Below, one piece after another: positions 60,491 to 64,000 of a stretch of 64,000 nucleotides of DNA. Numbering within the stretch: the first letter of the stretch is position 1; every line of letters starts with the position of its first letter. The stretch comes from Takakia lepidozioides (lineage: Eukaryota > Plantae > Bryophyta), in assembly GCA_030704615.1 (NCBI GenBank), contig CM060731.1, positions 11,160,001-11,224,000 of the forward strand, given 5' to 3'. The notes beneath the pieces are model-generated. The model made no database searches, had not been told where the DNA came from, and was given only the letters and a program-made list of their open reading frames with translations. The translations under genes were made by a program, and so were the position numbers.

Positions 60491-62520
60491 CTGTGCTCGC
60501 AAGTCCAACAAGACCCACAGTGGCCTATACCTCCTCTCGATTGGACCACCCAACTGAAACACTCCATCCTGATTGTCCACCAGGACTACTCCAGAAGTCA
60601 CCATGTTGCGCTCAATGGCTGGCATAGCTGGCAACTCCTACAACCTTGCAGCTGCCACTTGCCATGGCGTAGTTGTGGCTGACTTCACCCTCGAATCCAA
60701 AGCATCCATAGATTACACCTTATTCGTTATCTTCGCAGATGGTGCCGATGCATCATCACTATCACAAAGTCTAGCTGCTAGTCTAAACACAACAGCTGGC
60801 CGAATCCCTGACATTGCAATGGTCATTACAGAAAACAATGGAGCTTGGTAAACAGCCGTAGCCACCCCTAACAATGTACTGGCTGCACCTTGCTTTGCAG
60901 CACCACCCATTGACATATCCCAAGCCACACACTACTCTCCCTAATGACACTCGTGGCTCTACCTCTGACACACTTGGGCGAGCGGGTGCCATCGATGGCG
61001 TAGTTGGCACTGTCTCAGCCAATGTAAAGGACTGTGGAAGCCTTGACTGACAACTTGCTTCCCCCCTTTGTGGATCATAATCCACATCCGCTCCTCTTGG
61101 CTTAGGAGCATGCGTTGCTGCTCAAGTAACAGCAGTTGCAGAATCCAATACATGCAATGGCCCTGCAAGTGCGGCTCCACACATGAAGTACCAATCTAGT
61201 CTTCCCTAGGCATATGAGGTTGTGCAGGTGGGGCTTAAACCTCAGGCTTGGATCCGGTGCAACATGAGTAATGGCCATGGCAGAAAGACGTTGCTCTAGC
61301 TGGGCAAGTCTATCCACCATGCATTGGTCATGACCTTGACCCTGACCCTGTGCTCCTTGGTTTTGGTTACGACCTCCACCACGACCTCTACCTCTCTGGA
61401 CTACATTGCCTTGTCATCGGCCACCATTGTTCTCTTGGAACTAGCCTGGCCGCAGCTCAGGATGCATTTCATAACAATGGGCCTCCTCATGCCCATACTT
61501 TCCACAATGCCCACAGTGTAGTTGTGTAGGCTGTGCCTGTGCCGGCCCTTTGCCTCTCTTCGGGCAATCCTTCTTGGACATGGAGTCCTCCACAATCCCA
61601 ACATGACACACTCGTCTGTTGCTGGCCTGAGAATGAAGGAAGAAACCTTTGCATTTGAGATCCTCTCTGACCTTCGGTGGGCTTCGTCTGAGCCCCTTTG
61701 TTGCCTTGAGCACGTTGGTGGGTTGGTTGTTGTTGGCTAGGAGCCCACTTCGTTGTGCTTCCTTGCCAAACCCCACCATGACCACTTGCTCCTCCACCAT
61801 GTTGAGCTCTATCTGCTCTGCTAGCAAAAACACATTTGCTAAGGTGGGTTGGGCTACTTGTATGAGACTTGCATCCTGCACCCTTCTCCTCAGTTCCTTG
61901 TCCAGGATCCCATACCAGAACTGGACTGCCTGAGCTTCTGTAACCCCTTAGGTTACGTTTATTAAGCGTCTCATGCGAGTGTAAGCCTCCCTCAAACTCT
62001 CAGTAGACCTTCGTTGGAACTCTTGCAAGCTCCGCAACTTCTCTGTTCTTATCCCTTGGTAGTTTCTCCTCAACTCCTCGAAGAACTCCACAACTGGGTT
62101 AAAGGCAAGCACGGGTGCTAGTGCTAAAACAAGAGCTTAAGTGGATTTCCCAGCTCCTGTACCACTTGTCCCACTACTAGTGCTTGCAGTTGGGGATGTT
62201 GGTGTAGCTGTTGTCGCCACTGCCCTTGTGTCTCTAGTGATGGAGACATAGTTAGGTGACCAATACTCTCGCCACTCCTTAATCTTCATTGCATCTCCCC
62301 GCCTAAATTCATGGTAATCATCCATGGGCGGCCCCTCACGGTGCTGGAATAGCCCCTTCTACGCCATAAAGGGCGTAAACAGTTGTGGATTGCGCATTTG
62401 CTGCAAATCATACCAACTGTCAAACTCCTGTATGAAGTCATCAAGTTTGATGGTGCCCACAGCTCCAGAGTACCTACATGGCCCCTTGGTAGCTCCATAC
62501 ATCTCCTCCATTGTGTCCAA
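60491..62520 (-). pseudogene. Copy C gag and protease N-terminal remnants
   Basis: MEEMYGATKGP..YSGAVGTI; CGHCGKYGHEEAHC; RYRPLWVLLD. Confidence 0.87.
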
Positions 62521-64000
62521 CCACCCCGAGGCCTTCGTCATTGAAGCTATTCTCGGCATCAAGACTCAAACCTCCCTCGACGTATACGGCGCCACTTGTG
62601 TTGACACATATTACCTATGTAAATGGGCGGGTTTCCCTGCTACTGATAACACCTGGCAGATCAAAGACGATCTCTTTGGGACCCATGATGATTGCGACCC
62701 TACTCACAACTGTAGCCTCCTTATCACCTTCTACAAAACAACTAACACCAATTACTTAGCGTACACCCACCAACATCATGTTTCTCAAACCCAACCAATC
62801 GATGCCCGATACATCCGTACCCCCTTGAATGCTCCATATATTCATATACACATCTCTGAATGCAACCCCGACAAAGATATTACCCAAATCTTCCCCATTA
62901 TATGCCCTAGGCGCCTGACATCCCATATCTACACACTTAACGGTCACTTCACCGGCTCTATATCTAATGTCAGACTCGCCTGGCTCTAGAATAGATATGA
63001 CGCCTCCTCCACTGACACCATCCTGTTACAACCCCCAAAACAAGACTTCGCCACTGAGGTCTGCTGGCTTGTTGACCGATACTTACGCGATACCCCCACG
63101 AAAAAAACCCCACACCCCTGATAAACTAGCTCAAGCATATACCCATAGCACTATACCCTCCGACATCCTCAAATTCCTCGTCTCTACATTCCAGCTTACC
63201 CACTCATACTACTCCAGCCCACCTATATGCCCCCTGGAGCTTCTTCTTACGCCAGCCCGCATCCTCGAGACTGTGTATTTGGAGCCTTGGGCCCCGCTAC
63301 CCAACACTCTTGGTCCGGCGGTGGCCTTGCACACCCACCTCCCAGGCCCTCACACATGAGGCTCTCCTATGGGAGCGCCTCGCTACCCACTCCTCCCCCT
63401 CCGCCTACACTATTCTCATTCTTACTCATCAAAGCTCACCTGATCACCAACATCCCCTTCTACAACTTCATCCAGAAGTAATACTGTTAGCCACTATTGA
63501 ACCCAACCATCTTCGCTACACACACAACCTACCATTCCCAAAATACCTCCGCCACAAAGAAACTATCTGACCCTAATTCTGCTTGTTTAGGCTACCTCAT
63601 GACCCCCCATACCCTCCGACTTCCCCGCTCATCTCAATCGTCTACTTTCCGATACCCATAACATGTTACTCACGCCATATGTACTCATCTCCACCCACAT
63701 GCAACCCCACCGCTAGGCTACCCACTAAGCTAAAAGCATGGACCTTAGCACCCCCCCCGCCCCAGCCCCACTCATACTATCTCCCACAACGCCCCCCCCC
63801 AGGTTCACCTTGGGCCCACTTCCCCAAAATACCCCCCCCCCCCCCTCCACTCATACTACACAGACGGCTCCCAATTTGGCTCCTGCGCCGAATACGGCGT
63901 CTACCATGCTGCTACTAACAAAGGTACTGCACATCGTCTCCCAGGCCCCACGACCATACTCGGCGCCGAACTTATGGCCATTTTTGAAGCTCTGTCACAA
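62521..64000 (+). mobile_element. 5'-truncated retroelement (likely non-LTR): chromodomain-like, PCIF1-like methyltransferase-like and RNase H1 domains; runs off the window
   Basis: FVIEAILG..YYLCKWAGFPATDNTWQ; SYYSSP..SYASPHPRDCVFGALG..SWSGGGLAHPP..YTILIL; YYTDGS..YGVY..TILGAELMAIFEAL (63848-64000). Confidence 0.65.

Larger units (their letters stand above)
4060..62520 (-). mobile_element. Copy C: older, degraded DNMT/PHD Gypsy element in three pieces (4060-5038, 16967-20676, 60491-~62520); 5' end not in window
   Basis: Pieces rejoin colinearly once insertions are removed: integrase ...ACATGC TTGT GTCCACAC... and protease ...AACATCAAAGG TTGTG CTCGCAAGTCC.... Homologous throughout to copies A and B, with many stops and frameshifts. 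Confidence 0.85.

Overview
Repeat-dense nuclear DNA from a land plant, probably a non-seed plant (inferred from PLS-type PPR remnants, plastid PSRP5 and a DNMT3-type enzyme). Only one host gene looks intact: PSRP5/cL37 (2448-3000, minus, one intron). Nearly everything from 4060 to 64000 is one nest of transposons. The main system is a Ty3/Gypsy family present three times: old copy C (from 4060, fragmented), copy A (5039-16966, minus) and copy B (32778-43705, plus). It encodes Gag-protease-DNMT3-like C5 cytosine methyltransferase-[TAG CAA CCA]-RT-RNaseH-DDE integrase-PHD finger. Its LTRs are circularly permuted: A1-ORFs-PPT-B1-GC-A2-B2, with TGTC...GACA ends and 4-bp TSDs. That layout is what a 2-LTR circle would give if opened at an internal GACAGCTGTC palindrome. 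Copies A and B also show a self-complementary non-tRNA primer site and different captured host-gene cargo. Also nested here: a three-LTR chromovirus (20677-60490), a CACTA element (25028-56171), TIR elements carrying a SWIM gene and a spliced beta-class N4C/N6A methyltransferase-like gene, TAGGG-ended TIR elements with 6-bp TSDs, a tandem PPR pseudogene array, and a LINE-like fragment with chromodomain, PCIF1-like methyltransferase and RNase H. All domain calls are by eye from motifs; no searches were run.
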